From assembly GCA_036172245.1 (NCBI GenBank), contig JAYWIR010000001.1, positions 2,046,001-2,110,000 on the forward strand: a DNA stretch of 64,000 bases, written 5' to 3'. Source of the stretch: Raillietiella orientalis (Eukaryota). The notes beneath the pieces are model-generated. The model was given only the letters and a program-made list of their open reading frames with translations, was not told the DNA's origin and made no database searches. Shown here one piece after another: positions 51,103 to 64,000 of this stretch; within the stretch, counting starts at the first letter, position 1, and each line of letters begins with the position of its first letter. The position numbers and the translations under genes are program-made.

Positions 51103-52164
51103 ATGCTTCATTCTACAAAGCTCAAAAGCACTTTGCGTCAGGTCAAAAAATCTCCGTATGCTGCTGCGTGTACTTTGGTCAGTCCAAGCAAATGATGAAT
51201 TTTGATTGTACGTTTTCAGTAGGTTTTCCCTTTAACATGTTTTGGTTTAGGGTTTTGGCAAATCGAAAGAAGGAAGTGGAAACTCAATCTAATTCAGACA
51301 ATTGAAAATGCAAAAACAGATGTCTTCTCCCTTCCGCCTAAGTAAGTATTTATTCTCTGGAACATCTCATTTGAAATGTTCTTGCGTTCTTCAATGTATA
51401 CATTGCTAAGTAATACTTCCATATAGTTTTGAAGAAGTACCCAATCTTGAATATAAGAGAGTCAAGGTTGTAGGAGAATTTGATCACTCACGAGAAATTT
51501 ATCTTTATCCTCGATCATTTTTAAGCCCTCATGAATCAGATCAGCAGAGAACAGGAACATTTGGCAACCACCCTGTTATAGGTGCCAATGTTATTACTCC
51601 TTTCCGCTTAAAAGCAAATGAAGGGTAATACTGTGAACTAGTAACAAATTTTGTATGTTCTCAAAGAAAGGAAATTTTAGTGAACCGTGGATGGGTGCCC
51701 AAAGAGCTCATGGATCCTAAAAATCGACAAAAGGGCCAAATTACAGGTGAAGTGGAACTTACAGGAGTAGTCAGAACATCTGAAAATATACCATTCTTTG
51801 CATCACCACAAAATGTAAAAAGTTGTCTATTCCATTACAGGTAAATAATGCTCAAATTATGCTAGACTCTTGATTTCTAGAGATATAGACAAAATGGCAA
51901 GGTTGACAGGAACTGCTCCAGTTTTCATTGATGCTGATTTCAATTCCACCACAGATGGAGGGCCAGTTGGAGGCCAGACAAGAGTGATGTTACATAATGA
52001 GCACAGTGGCTATATTGTAACATGGTAAGCAGATTCAGTGCTGCATGCATACACAAGGTGCTTATGCAGTGTTCTGTCATTGTGATGCCACTTCCAGGTT
52101 TGGTTTGGGTATTATCACTTTATTTATGTGGTGTCGACGTTTCATTCACAAGAGTCCTTTGTGA
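51103..52164 (+). CDS. SURF1: SURF1 cytochrome c oxidase assembly factor (multi-exon; start may be at 51033)
   Basis: [59 protein letters not shown]. Confidence 0.95.
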
Positions 52165-52449
52165 CATGGGATGATTGGGCAGCTGAACCATGTTCCATGT
52201 ATCATTCTGTTGTGTTGCATATGATTGCAAAACTGTTCAGCTACTTGTCAACACTTAAAGTATTATTTACATACGTTAAGTAATATATAATAAATACAGT
52301 TTGAATTATATACTTGCTAGTCATCATGATACTGTATGATAAGTGACATAAAGTGTGCTATGGCCCTTACTTTTGGAGTAATTTGCGTTAACACGGAGTT
52401 TGTAAATACAGTAATCAAAACGAACAGCATACGTAGTACTAAACAGGTA

Positions 52450-54010
52450 ACAGTGTAGTGCTTTGCCAGTAGATCGAAACATTTAATATTGATAAAGATT
52501 TTAAAATGTGTTCATGATATAGTACTATTATTAACATACATACATAAAATATTATTAAATACTTATATAAAAAAGTTTCACTAATTGCGTAAGTATTGTT
52601 TCAATAACTGTCTTTCATCCAAGTTATTCAAAGTGTCTCAATGTAACTCATGAAACCTGAAAATCTCATATGGTAGCACCAAGAGTGTTGTATTCTAAGG
52701 TTGTTCCATATGGCACAATGTAGTCACATACTCAAACCAACAAGCGTACTTCTAACGAACGCCAAAAAAGTCAAGAGGTATTTAAACAAAAAAGCGGAGC
52801 TTAAGAGCTCGAATCTTAACCTCATTTCATTTCATTCTGGTTACAGTTTTAGATACAAATAATGGCAGAATTACATCTTTAGCCTTCCAGCATTTTCCTT
52901 TCTTTTTTTGTCGAATGTAAATGTGCGTCCCCTTCCATTCACCACTTCTTCATTGCACTTCATATTTATTAATTTATTTTTAAAAGTGTTGAGTATCCTA
53001 TGTAAACTGCTTTCCTTCAAACACGTACGTTCACCACATCTCACCTTTGGTAAACAATAATAATACAACTTTAATTCATAAATAAATGATTCCAAGTTGT
53101 TTATATCTTCCCAATTCAACACATCTCAAATTTTTCCTTACTTGAGGTTAAGGGGCATAAAATCGACCAGCAACCCACAATTCCCTAAAATATGTTTGCG
53201 TCATTTCCTTACGCACGCAGACCGCGCATGGTACGAAAAATTCGTTCAACGAAATTGTCTCATTGCAGTTTGCACTTATTCGAACATACAATTATATGTA
53301 AGATATGTTAATTACTTCATCTTAATAGAAAAAGATGATGGAAAATTTTAGATATAATTTTCCCTATGCTTGTTGGGGAAATATTACAATAAAAATGATA
53401 AAAAAATATTTAAAATCCAAATTTATTGTTAGAGTTTTTAGAGTAGTTGTAGAGCTCAACATAAAAATAATAAAATCTAAACATTAACGATGAAGGAAAA
53501 AACAACTTCATTGCTTTTCTAAATATTTTAGCAGTGTAGACTGAACTCTTATACTTTTCTTGAAATCTTCACTCACATATTTGTAGACGCAGAAGGCCTT
53601 ATCGATATCTCGGAGAACGTGCGTGCTCCGATCGAGGTTAGGAGCTACTTCCATAATTTTTTGCTTCACAATTCCTCCAGCCTGGAAGACATTTTAAATT
53701 CCTCGAGGGCGAACTCCTTCACTTGCACAGTATCACATTCTTTGACATTATTGTCGGCTTGTTCAGATGCTCTTCGTTGACCTAAAAGCATATCAACGTC
53801 GGTAAACTCTTAACAGAGATTCTTCTCTTCCGGTATTTGTTATTACTTGTGTAACAGTTTTTCCCTGAGAATTGCATCTATCTATGCAAAGGGACAAATG
53901 CGCTTTTACACACCGCGCATGCTGCTGGCAGTCGTTTGTTGCCATGCATGGTATGAATATTTTTCGTTTTCCCAAGTTCGACTCACAGCGGGTGAATTTC
54001 ATTCTTTTCT
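52450..54010 (-). pseudogene. RAG1: RAG1-like 5' remnant (N-terminus, RING/ZFA, NBD)
   Basis: HLSLCIDRCNS~NLRHLCRICGNS; LLVDF~LLAVDF; ILN..KCNEEV~VLN..ECNEEV; IRALKL~LRELKL. Confidence 0.7.
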
Positions 54011-54299
54011 TTTACATGTATTTATCCAATGGTATCCGTTCAAAAAGTCTTTGGAGACCCCACACTCTTTTTCAACAGAGTTTGCTGTAATCATCAGGTC
54101 ATGATTGTTTTGCCCTTCGAGAGGAGTAGGAGATTCGGATGGGAAATTGATGTGGGTGAGAGGGAAGCACTGAAGGGAAAAAGTAGAAGAATTCTATCTC
54201 CTAGAGTATTGCATTCAGTCTTGCACTAACTTGTTGCTCTGCTTCTCGCATTCTTTGCAGGATGTACCTAAGAGTCCATGCTGACACCCTACCGCAGTT

Positions 54300-57200
54300 T
54301 CGGATGTATATTTCCCTCCAGAAGAGTCCCATCGGGATTTAAGTAGCCGGAACCCTCGAAGCTTCCTCCTCCGGATGAGGATGCTTCAAATGAAAAGGGC
54401 CAGAATGACACTGAACTTGAGGTTTCATAGGGAAACAATTCCTTTCCTTTGAAGGAGTCTTCGGAGTATCATTAATCCTAACCAGCATTGCAGGTTCATC
54501 TCTTGCTTGACCACTCTCCAGTCCTTGGAGAGGAATCTGCAAGTCTACATGTAAAGTGGACCTTCTAGACTTCCTCAGCTACCGCGACACCCTCGGAGGA
54601 GATCGGGAGGGAGGCAAGGCAAAGATCTACGGTCTGCGCTCCGCAACTAGAGCGATCGCTAATGAGGAGCAGAAGGGGCAGGCATTCCAGTAATCGAAAG
54701 AACAGTTGGAACGCCTGAGGGAAGAAGCGATCCCGCAGGAGATGCACTTGGAAGACCAAATGTAGATCAGCCTCATCCCCCTACTATCCTTCCGGAAGAG
54801 GACCGAGAAAGGGGAGGATAGACCTCTGGCGGCGGCGGCATCGAACATCCCGAGGCGAGAGCAACCCCGGAAGGGGAAGAGAGCGCGGCGAGCTGCTACA
54901 CCTCAGAGGAGGAGGATATCCCCAAAGAGGAGCGGTACAACAGACGAGGATTCAAAACAGGAAGGACATGCGCGCCCAGAAAATCAAAGTGCAACTATCC
55001 AAGAAAAAGAGAAGATTGAACTAAAGGGACTCAGCCGTCCGTAAATGGCGCAATTCCTTTCGTCGATTCGAAAGATCGAGCTCGCATTCTGGAACATCAA
55101 CGGGGACACGAACCTGATGAAAAGGAAATACACGAAGTGGCTGTTGCGGCAGGTAGACATTTGCTGCCTGCAGAAAACGCACTCCATGATGCCGGAAACA
55201 CGCGAAGAACTTGAGAGAGATCTGCAAGTGGACATCCACGTCAACCAGGGCTCCAGCGATCTCAAGGGCGTCGCCATCCTTGTGAAGCAGACTCTCGCGC
55301 CAACCGTCCTGGAGGTATTTGTTTTGATGGGTGAGCCGCGTCCTGGACCTGAGGATGGCGGGGTCTGGAAGCGTCCACCTGTTCGTGGTGAACGTGTACG
55401 GACCACTGTTCACGAAGAAACCCTTCGCGAATGTCCTCGTGGAGTTAGTAAAGAGCTATGTCACCCCGAAGAACGTCGTCGTGATCGCGGGCGACTTCAA
55501 CATTCGCCTGGACGGCAGTCGTCATGATGAGACGGGCGCCCACGGCGCCTACCGGTACATGGTAGATGCACTCGCCTTCCTGTGCACTAGGATGAACATG
55601 ACCCTCATCGGCCACGTATGTATTCAGCTCTCGTCAATCGCATCCAGGGGATCCGAGAACTAAACACCGGAGTCTCGGACCATCCCCTGCTGAAATGGAA
55701 AATGGCGTCGAGGAATCCCAAGAAGGAAAACGCAGTGTCCCGGGCAGCGCTTATTTGCATGCCTGAGTGGTACGTGCGTTTTCCCCTGTACCAGCGCATC
55801 GCGGAGACCATTCTGGCCACGACGAACATCTCGAGCGTGGACGACTGGGACACCCTCAAACACACGATTCAGGTGTTTGCAAACCTCCAATACGGCGACT
55901 GGGACCTCCTCGAGGAAGCCTACAGGGAGATCCACCAATTCCACCCTCCCACTTTGCGTAACGGGAAGAGTACCAGAGGCGCTTCCACGATAGGAGCATC
56001 AAGAAAGAAATCGGATGGCTAGAAAAGCGCAACCTGGCGACGGACGTCTTCCACGTCAGTTATCAAGATCAGGATTGCAAAACCTCGGAGCAAGTTCTCG
56101 CTGCCTTCCAGCACCACTATTTAGAGCTGTTCAAAAAAGGGAATCTGAACCCTGGAGACCAAGAGCGGATTCTCCGCAATGTGAAGTGCCTGGCCTCCCA
56201 AGAACTACAAGACTTGGATCAGGACTTCATAACCGACGAGGTCAAGGCGGCGTTCGACGGGCTTCGCAAGGATATGGCGGCGAGCTCCGATAGCGTGCCC
56301 GTCACTCACTATCAAAGGCACCTGCCCGCCTACGTGCGTCTGTTCCGTCAGCTGCTGGACTACATCTGCCAAGAAGGACGACTGCCCTCCTCTTCCCACC
56401 GAAGCAGGATGAGGCTGCTCTGCAAGAGCGGCGGGGACCTCCTCAATGTCACATGGTGGAGGCCCATATCCACCCTGAATTCGGATGCGAAGTGGATGGC
56501 AAAGATCTATGCCAACTGGCTGAAGAAATCTCTAAAGTCATGGTTTCCCCCACGCAGACGTGTGCCTTGACAGGCAGACGCTTGTGGGATATCCTGAAGT
56601 TCGCCCAGGCCCTCCTGGAATACAACCGTATCCTAGGCAACGACCTGGTACTGGAATTCCACGACATCGAGAAGGTCTTCGACTGGGTGGGCCATACCAT
56701 GCTGCTGAAGATCCTGGGGAAGCCGGGCTTCAAGGGTAGATTCGTGCAGTAAGTGACCCTCACTCTGGAGGAGGTCAACTTCACGATCAGCATCAACGGG
56801 CTTACATTGCTGAACATCAGCATGGGAAGAGGAATCCGGCAGGGAGATGCCCTGAGCCCGATGCTCTTCGTTCTGTCCATGAAGGCGGTGAGCGCCTTCG
56901 CCCACTAGGAGAGCCGGCTCAAGGGTTTCACCCCGGAAGAAGAGAGCAACATCTCGCATCTGGCCCACGCCGACGACCTGTTCTTCATGTCGGACGAGCG
57001 GGGTCGGAAAGAGTTCCTGGACATCATTCAAGCCATGGACGTCCTCAGACTCAAAATGAACCCCAGCAAGTTCCATCTGCTTGCCGTGGGGATACCGTAC
57101 GTCACCGTCCTCAACGTCCACAGCTTCCGGATTGCGGACAGCGTCAAGTACTTCAGGGTACATATCGGCGACGAAACACCTGCCCTGGAGTTGCAGCAAT

Positions 57201-58700
57201 GGTCGGCCATCCATGCTGCGCGAAGAATCCAGCCAGTACGTCGGAACCTTTTTCTCGCAGAAAGACAAGGCCAACGGAGTGATGGTGCCTTCACCGCGTC
57301 TTTCCGCCCCATTTCCCCAAGGACAGCAAAAGAACTAGCCGATATCCAGAGGAACCTTCTCTGGAACAGCAGAAGACCGAAAACGAAGCTAAAGTACCTG
57401 TGTCGCCCGCGCACGGAAGGAGATATCGGCATGCGCGACATTAGCGTGCAGCTCCAGGACTTTGAACACCTGGTCCGGATAGTCAGCGCATGGGACGAGT
57501 GGCCGTTCGCATTCCACCGCGCCTTCGCAAGATTGGTGCACGGAACCGGCGGTCTCATTTCCGCCGCAGCACTCACCGCGGACAACTGGAAGAATGTGGA
57601 CTCAACGTGGCAGCGAATGCAGCGTCTCATAACTGAAAATCGTACCAAGTAGCAAGGAGCTCTGGGGCAAAGAGCTCCCCAAGGTGATCTCGCTATTTAT
57701 CAACCTCTCTTGGATATAGCAGCATGGCTCAACAAAAAGATGATCATGGAAGAATGCGAGAGGATATCGCCTAGCGTGGTTATCCATGCACGACAAGTCC
57801 TCTCATATAAAAGGAAATTGGAGGGGAGGATGACCCACAGGGCATGCGAGCTTTGGCAAGAACAAGGCAGTCAGTGATCCAGGGTGTACCCCCAAATCAA
57901 CAACATAAGGATGCCAGAAAACGTCACACCATCGGAAGCGATGGCAACGCCGCACTCGACCCACAGGCGATCGGGACAGTCCTGTGGAGATCCTCGTTGC
58001 CGTCAGACGTTCAGGATTGCCTCCTGATGTTCTACCACGGAGGTATCCCGTGCGGCAGGAGGCCTCAGCACTGGACCGGGAACTTTAAACCCTGACGACG
58101 ACCGCTGTCCAGTGTGTGGGTCGCTCGAAAACAACCTGCATATCTACACTTGCCGAACCCTCGCCCGGGACTGGAGAATGATGAAGCGGGCGTTAGAGAT
58201 GCAGGATACGTCGATGTTTGAAATTCTACGAGGACTCTTCGAAGGCGAAGGCGTTTCCCGCTATAACTCTAACGTGCAGGTGATCGTCGTCTTCTTCCTG
58301 AGGAGCATCCTCGTCAGAAGGACGAAGTTGACCCACGGACATGTATGCACTGCCCGAGACATTCTTCCAGGACTCCTGAAAAGGGAGCTAAACATTTAAG
58401 CGTGCAGAAGAGTTCCAGCTTGGACTCTCCTGCATTGCCTCAGAATTGTGAACTGTGCGGCCAGGACGGTATAGTGCTGTACCCACGCGGGCAGCATCAG
58501 TGACTGTGTGTTGTGTTGTTTGCGTGACTGTAGTGTGAATGGTTGTTTGAACAAATTTACCCCACCGCGAGTCGGACTGGGGAAAGACTTCTCCGGCATG
58601 CTGAAGAAGGCCGTCCCGAACAGGAACTTCGGTGCGAGCACCGAATATTTTTGTAGTGAAATTCCCGATATTTCAATTTTTCTTGAATTCCGTTAAAGAA
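54300..58700 (+). mobile_element. Decayed non-LTR retrotransposon, L1/Tx1 clade (APE endonuclease, RT, C-terminal Zn motif)
   Basis: AFWNING, DICCLQKTH, GVAILVK, VNVYGP, IAGDFN, SDH; WRPISTLNSDAK, DIEKVFDWV, GIRQGDALSP, AHADD; CPVCG..NLH..C. Many stops and frameshifts. Confidence 0.92.
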
Positions 58701-59099
58701 ATGGGCATTATCTCCTGTATTTTTAGCAATTGCTTGTTCAAATGTTTTTCCTTCGTAAACTAAAACTGACGTCTGAAACGCTCACGGAAACCTGCAACCT
58801 GGCGATTGCGCACATCAACTGAAGTTTGGTTTGGATTAAACACTATGTTAAAATAAGTCTCATAAAATCAAATTCGTATTGAACGAAGCTTCACTGTATA
58901 TATATAAGTATATTTAAGGGAGGGATGTACATATATGTTCACATTTATATATATTCTTACATATTTGTATGTATTGACTCCCTTAAAGAAATAAAAAATT
59001 AAAGATTTTATTTTTCTCTTGGTAAACCTAGAACCATGAACACTCCAATTTATTATAAGGATCTTAATCAGTTGACGTATCTGTAATTAAGCAAGAGAT

Positions 59100-59900
59100 A
59101 AAGTCGAATTATCAGGAAATGACTAGAGGAGCTGTAATAAGAAGCCTATGAGCACTTGCTATGCTACTGAAAATCAGTGTTACTGTACTTGTGTATGTGT
59201 GTTTCGTCATAATTGCAGACTTGCTCTAGCTGGATTTTTTCTCAAGAACTGTTTAAGAGAGATTGCAGACTTCAATGACCACTTGCATTTCATTAACCGC
59301 CCCTAGTTAACGTAGCCTCATGGCTAATTAATGGTGATTTTGAAATCTCTAATAATGTTTAGCAATTGTAGCCATGCATCGAGTAACAATGTAGACTTAT
59401 TCAAGTTACGCTCTATAAACACTAAAAAAAAATTACGTTTTCTGTGTTGAAATTAATCTATTACTAGGCTGATTACTCGCTATGCTGGTATCATGTGTGA
59501 GTTGACAATTTCCTTGCCCATGCGAAACTCCGTAGTTTCCATTTAGGGTATATCAAAGAAGTACATGATGTAACCCAGTGGTTTGCCTTATAATACTTAT
59601 GAATATCACAAACACTCAATTCGGAAATTCCACAACTTATCGAAAATGCTTCTGAGACTGCACCATTTTCGCAGTTATCCTCAGTTTAACTGTTAACGTC
59701 ACCACACAATTCCAAACAATTTTCGCTAATTCTTTATTTGACAATTCAGTAACAAACTTTTTCCTCTTCCATTTGGCAAAAAACAACCGGTTGCACGTAC
59801 TTCATCGTGAGGTCGCCGTTGGATCTACTAACTATGATGCAATATCTGTGCAATTTGTGTATAGTTTGGAGCATTTACCAAGCATTCATTAGATGCATGA
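59100..59900 (-). pseudogene. RAG1: Probable RAG1-like RING/NBD remnant
   Basis: LVDPTAT..CNRLF~LADPVETNCKHVF; LTVK~LMVK; LAMRL~LAIRV. Confidence 0.45.
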
Positions 59901-60276
59901 TTTGAGTCCTTAATTCCTTTCGTTTTCTTTCGTTTTTGTATCACCTGGTGTTGCTGGGCATTTGGATTTCATGACTTGTGTTTCTGGCATTGAGTTTTTG
60001 TTGTGAATTAATCTGAGTTCTTGCGTGTAAGTAGGCAAAATTAATGTTTCACGAATGTTTTTCAGGTTTATCAAATGTGGCACCTAAAGTTTAAAGAAAT
60101 GACGGATGAAAATCCGAAACACCATACACAGAATCATGTGTAATTCATCACTAGAAGTTCATTTAAACTACCTCTCACCTAGGGTAGTCTAGCATTTTTG
60201 CTGATTAGGTTTTTTGAATTAATGGTAATGTGGAGCAGTTTTATTGTCCTTTAATTCGTGTATGTTTGTAGATAAC

Positions 60277-63200
60277 ATGTTTCCAGAAAGTGCTGATGTA
60301 GAAGGTGCAATTGAAGGAGACTTGTCATTGGATAATCATTCAGTGTTTCGGGATGATGCTCTTATTTTGTTAGGTTTGTAATGTTTGATTCATGCCATAG
60401 TTTAATATCTGACTTATCACACTGTAACAAATTAGGATTATGAGGTTAACATGAGGTAATTACAATAATCGTAAAGTAATTGTAACTGTGTGTTTGTTCA
60501 GTAAGCTAATTAGCATCCAAGTGTAAAGTATTTGCTTTACACATGATGTTTCAAGTTCCATCAATTTGTGTGAGCAGTTACAGGAATTATTCAGCAATAC
60601 AGTTTTCTAATATTAGAGTTTGAATTATTATTAAGGATAATAACAACGATTTTAACACTTTAAGTGAGGTGTTAAAATTTTATGGATTATGATTTTATGT
60701 TTTCTTTCTCCTATGCTGCGTTTTTCATCTATAAATTCAGAAGCTTTACAGAATTGTGTATGCTTTGTTTTTCCAGTAAGTTCTACATTGTGTATAAGTT
60801 GTATTTAAACATCCTATCATACTTAGTTTTTCATATTCCTCTTTTTAACTACACAAGTGAAATCAGTAACTCTTTTAAGTGCATGATATCAAAATTAGTT
60901 GTTTCATGGTATTTAATCGATAATTAATTATTTGAAAATATCAAGTTCGATAATTGCCTCAATTCCAAGAGGGTCATGGAATGCCCTTGTTATATGATGC
61001 AGTTTTAATAATCATATATAAAGAGATAGCAAAAATTTGTATTCTTTAATTTTACTAATGTGTTCTGTAAGTGAGTCTGTTGCTTGGAATTTCCATAGCA
61101 CTGTTCACACAGTTTCATCAAATATGTGCTGTCACATAATTTTTTATTGAAGCAACTTAATTTTTCATGATATTCAGTCAATATCATGAAACAGCAGATC
61201 ATGCATTTGTGCTAAATGTGTGCTTTGGCACCTTTATGGCCCTAGCATGCTACTGATTGATGAGTTTTAGAAGCTGTTTTGAATTTCATCATAATTAGTA
61301 TTTAGGATTTCTGTGGTACACTGAGATGATCCCTGAAGTGATTTTAGCATTGAAAGTATTTCATTTCAAAATACATCTATGCTGGTGAAATGGGAGAACA
61401 TGGAGCTTCTTTATGCATTTGAGTTTTTAATTTTTTCTTGTCAAGGGATTTATTTACCTCATGAATCACTTAAATTGATTTCAAATTTAATTCAAAGTTT
61501 CATTTTAGAATGCAGTAGTTTGTGCTAAAATATGTGGGAACTATTGTTGCAGCACATTATTTGAAATTATTTATGTGAAAGCATGAGTTGCATGTGTTGG
61601 AAGCAGTTTAAGCAAAAAAGGGATGCTTTGAGTTAGACAAGATGGTTTGTAGATTTATGCTGTGAATAGCTTCAATTAATTTGTAGTTTATTGCTAAGGT
61701 ACAGATTAAAGATAGGTATGGCTTAAGGATAAATATTGCTAAGTATTATTTTTATACAAATGGAAATTTTGATTAAAAAAGCTGTAGCAATAATGTAGTT
61801 AGGTATTTGAATGTGTTTTGAAGTTTTGTTGTTTAATATTGCAAGATAATTATTTTCCCTATAGCTGCTTGAATGCATTTTGTGAAGCAGATTACACACA
61901 TTCAATTTCTATTTTATATGGAAAAATCATTGTTTAGCATTTGTGACAACTTCTGTGTGTTCATTTTAAGAAATTCGCTAAACATCATCTTTTATTGAAA
62001 ATCTGTGGCAAACTAAAGAGATGTATGGAAATACGTTTTTAATTTGTATGGAATGCTAAAGTGAAAGGGCATTTCCTTTTATTGGAATAGTATGTTCCCA
62101 CATGGTATCAGGCCAAAAAGCACTATGCTAGAAAAGATATATATAGCAGGTTATTGCCCCAAAAATATATAAAAAAAAGTCTTTGATTTTCAAACATCTG
62201 AATAATAATGGAGCTTTTTTTCTTTTTTTTTGGAATAATCATAAGAAGCATTGTGAAGATGCAGTATTTTTTTTAAGTTAAATCATAAGCAACCAAATAA
62301 AAATACTTGAGTAATCACAAGGGAAAAGCATGAAAAAGGCAAAGAAATTTCACGTAAATGAAATATTTTCCATGACTAAAAATGATGTCAGATCTTCCAT
62401 TATGCATCAAATTGCATCATGGATACCTTTTAGGTGTCATGCATTATAAATTTTTATGCAAAAAAATTGTTATTCATCGTATATTTTTAACGTGCCTATA
62501 TACATACAGAGTGTATGTATACATGCAAACTATATACATACATACATACAGCTTTGTTTCATATTAAAAATGTGCGGCTCTATTAAACTGTAATATAATG
62601 TCAAATAAATTCCTTGCTAATTGATCTCAAATGTTTTTCCACATTATGTTAAAATCTCATGGAAGTTTTAAGAAAATAATTTGAATAAATGTTATATAAA
62701 TGTGTTTTCTTCAATGGATGTGAACTGATGATTTGAAAGCAATTGTTTCAATCAAGTAAGTAATGGTTTGTTGTTTTCAGAAGATTACTCTTTGAATTTG
62801 GATGGTTTTCAACAGCAGGACTGTATGCAGGTTGGTTCATAAAAAAAATGTTACATTATCAAAGCTCTTTTATTTTAGACTCTAGATTATTCCAAATTCC
62901 CAACAAATTGGTTGGATTTATCAATAAGTAAAAATAGTTTTTCGTTTTTGTAATTGTAAAACTTTGTGGCTGGTTTGTTTAGACACTTTACCACCTACTC
63001 CTGATTCAACATCATCATCAACATGTAGTAACTGTGAAGGAGATTGTTTACTAACATATGATTCACCTCCCAGTACTCCTCTTTCTGTTGGAAGGCACTC
63101 ATTTGCATCCAAAGCTGGTCATGTTCACAGATCTCGGAAAAAAACCGTTAAAAACCAAGAAAGAGCTCCTTATCCCAAAACCCTGCCTTACACAAAACCT

Positions 63201-64000
63201 TCCAGTAGTGAGTTTTCTCATTCAGTCTGAAAGGGTATTAATGTTGAAATTCAGCAAATGCCAAAGTTCCTTTAACCCAGATAAAAATTGAGCCACATTC
63301 AATTCCGATCAATGTGTATGATGGATCAGTGATTCTCCAGACTCCACTGAAAGTTCCTATTCCGAAAAATAGCAGTTCAGCCAACACCCTAGAAAAAAAT
63401 GTATCCGAAGGCCAATATGTTAATCAAGGAATGCACATCGCACAACCAAAGAATGGTTTAATTCCAGCAGTCATTAAAACTGAAGATTTTCTTCAGTTAA
63501 CTAGTTTGTTACCTCCTACTGTTACCTACATCACTCCTTCCATTAAACAAGCTACAGTGGACAGTTGTCAGAAAGAACTAGAGGTAAATGAAGTAATCAT
63601 ATGTATTTTCGTGTTTCTAATGTTTCTAGACTCAGGCCTTGAAAAGGCAACAGCGAATGATAAAAAACAGAGAAGCAGCTAGTTTATCCAGGAAGAAAAA
63701 AAAAGAATACGTCGTGTCTTTGGAATGTCGATTGCAAGAGTTAATTGAAGAAAATAATGGCTTGAAAAAGGTGAGTTGGGAGGTACATGTGTTCAAAGAA
63801 GGGAAGAATGGGAAGCAGCATAACCAGTGGCTTGAAGAACGCATCCTCTCTTTAGAACGTTCACAATCTAGTCGTCATGTAAGAAAAGCAACCACATGCC
63901 TTGCAGCTTTTGTTCTCCTGTTGTGGGCTGCAGGTCCTTGGAGGTAAAAATGATGACATTGAGATTGTTGCTACTATTCTAGACAGACAAGTTATTCAAC
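60277..64000 (+). CDS. ATF6: ATF6-like bZIP membrane-bound transcription factor, 5' part (runs off window; first exon tentative)
   Basis: [29 protein letters not shown] bZIP followed by a TM segment [12 protein letters not shown]; spliced with short introns. Confidence 0.9.
60450..61250 (-). pseudogene. RAG1: Probable RAG1-like N-terminal/RING remnant in the large ATF6 intron
   Basis: KLCEQCY~[19 protein letters not shown]~CEHILADPVETNC. Confidence 0.45.

Overview
This is eukaryotic (invertebrate-looking) DNA with an AT-rich background and compact host genes whose introns are mostly 40-80 nt. The host genes are a Shisa-like membrane protein, an orphan kringle exon, Sec16, NAA30, RalGPS, SURF1 and the 5' part of ATF6. 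The window also holds a decayed L1/Tx1-type LINE and a U6atac-like snRNA sequence. The main result is that most intergenic and large-intron DNA is about 20 decayed, frameshifted copies of RAG1, the V(D)J recombinase, plus one RAG2 remnant. The copies lie on both strands, often head-to-tail with short spacers (typically about 100 bp or less) and no visible TIR/RSS ends. Motifs retained across copies match jawed-vertebrate (tetrapod-like) RAG1/RAG2, including the non-core N-terminus. This suggests an ancient vertebrate-to-invertebrate transfer followed by massive amplification. All alignments were made by eye against remembered RAG sequences and need computational confirmation. Pseudogene boundaries are approximate.
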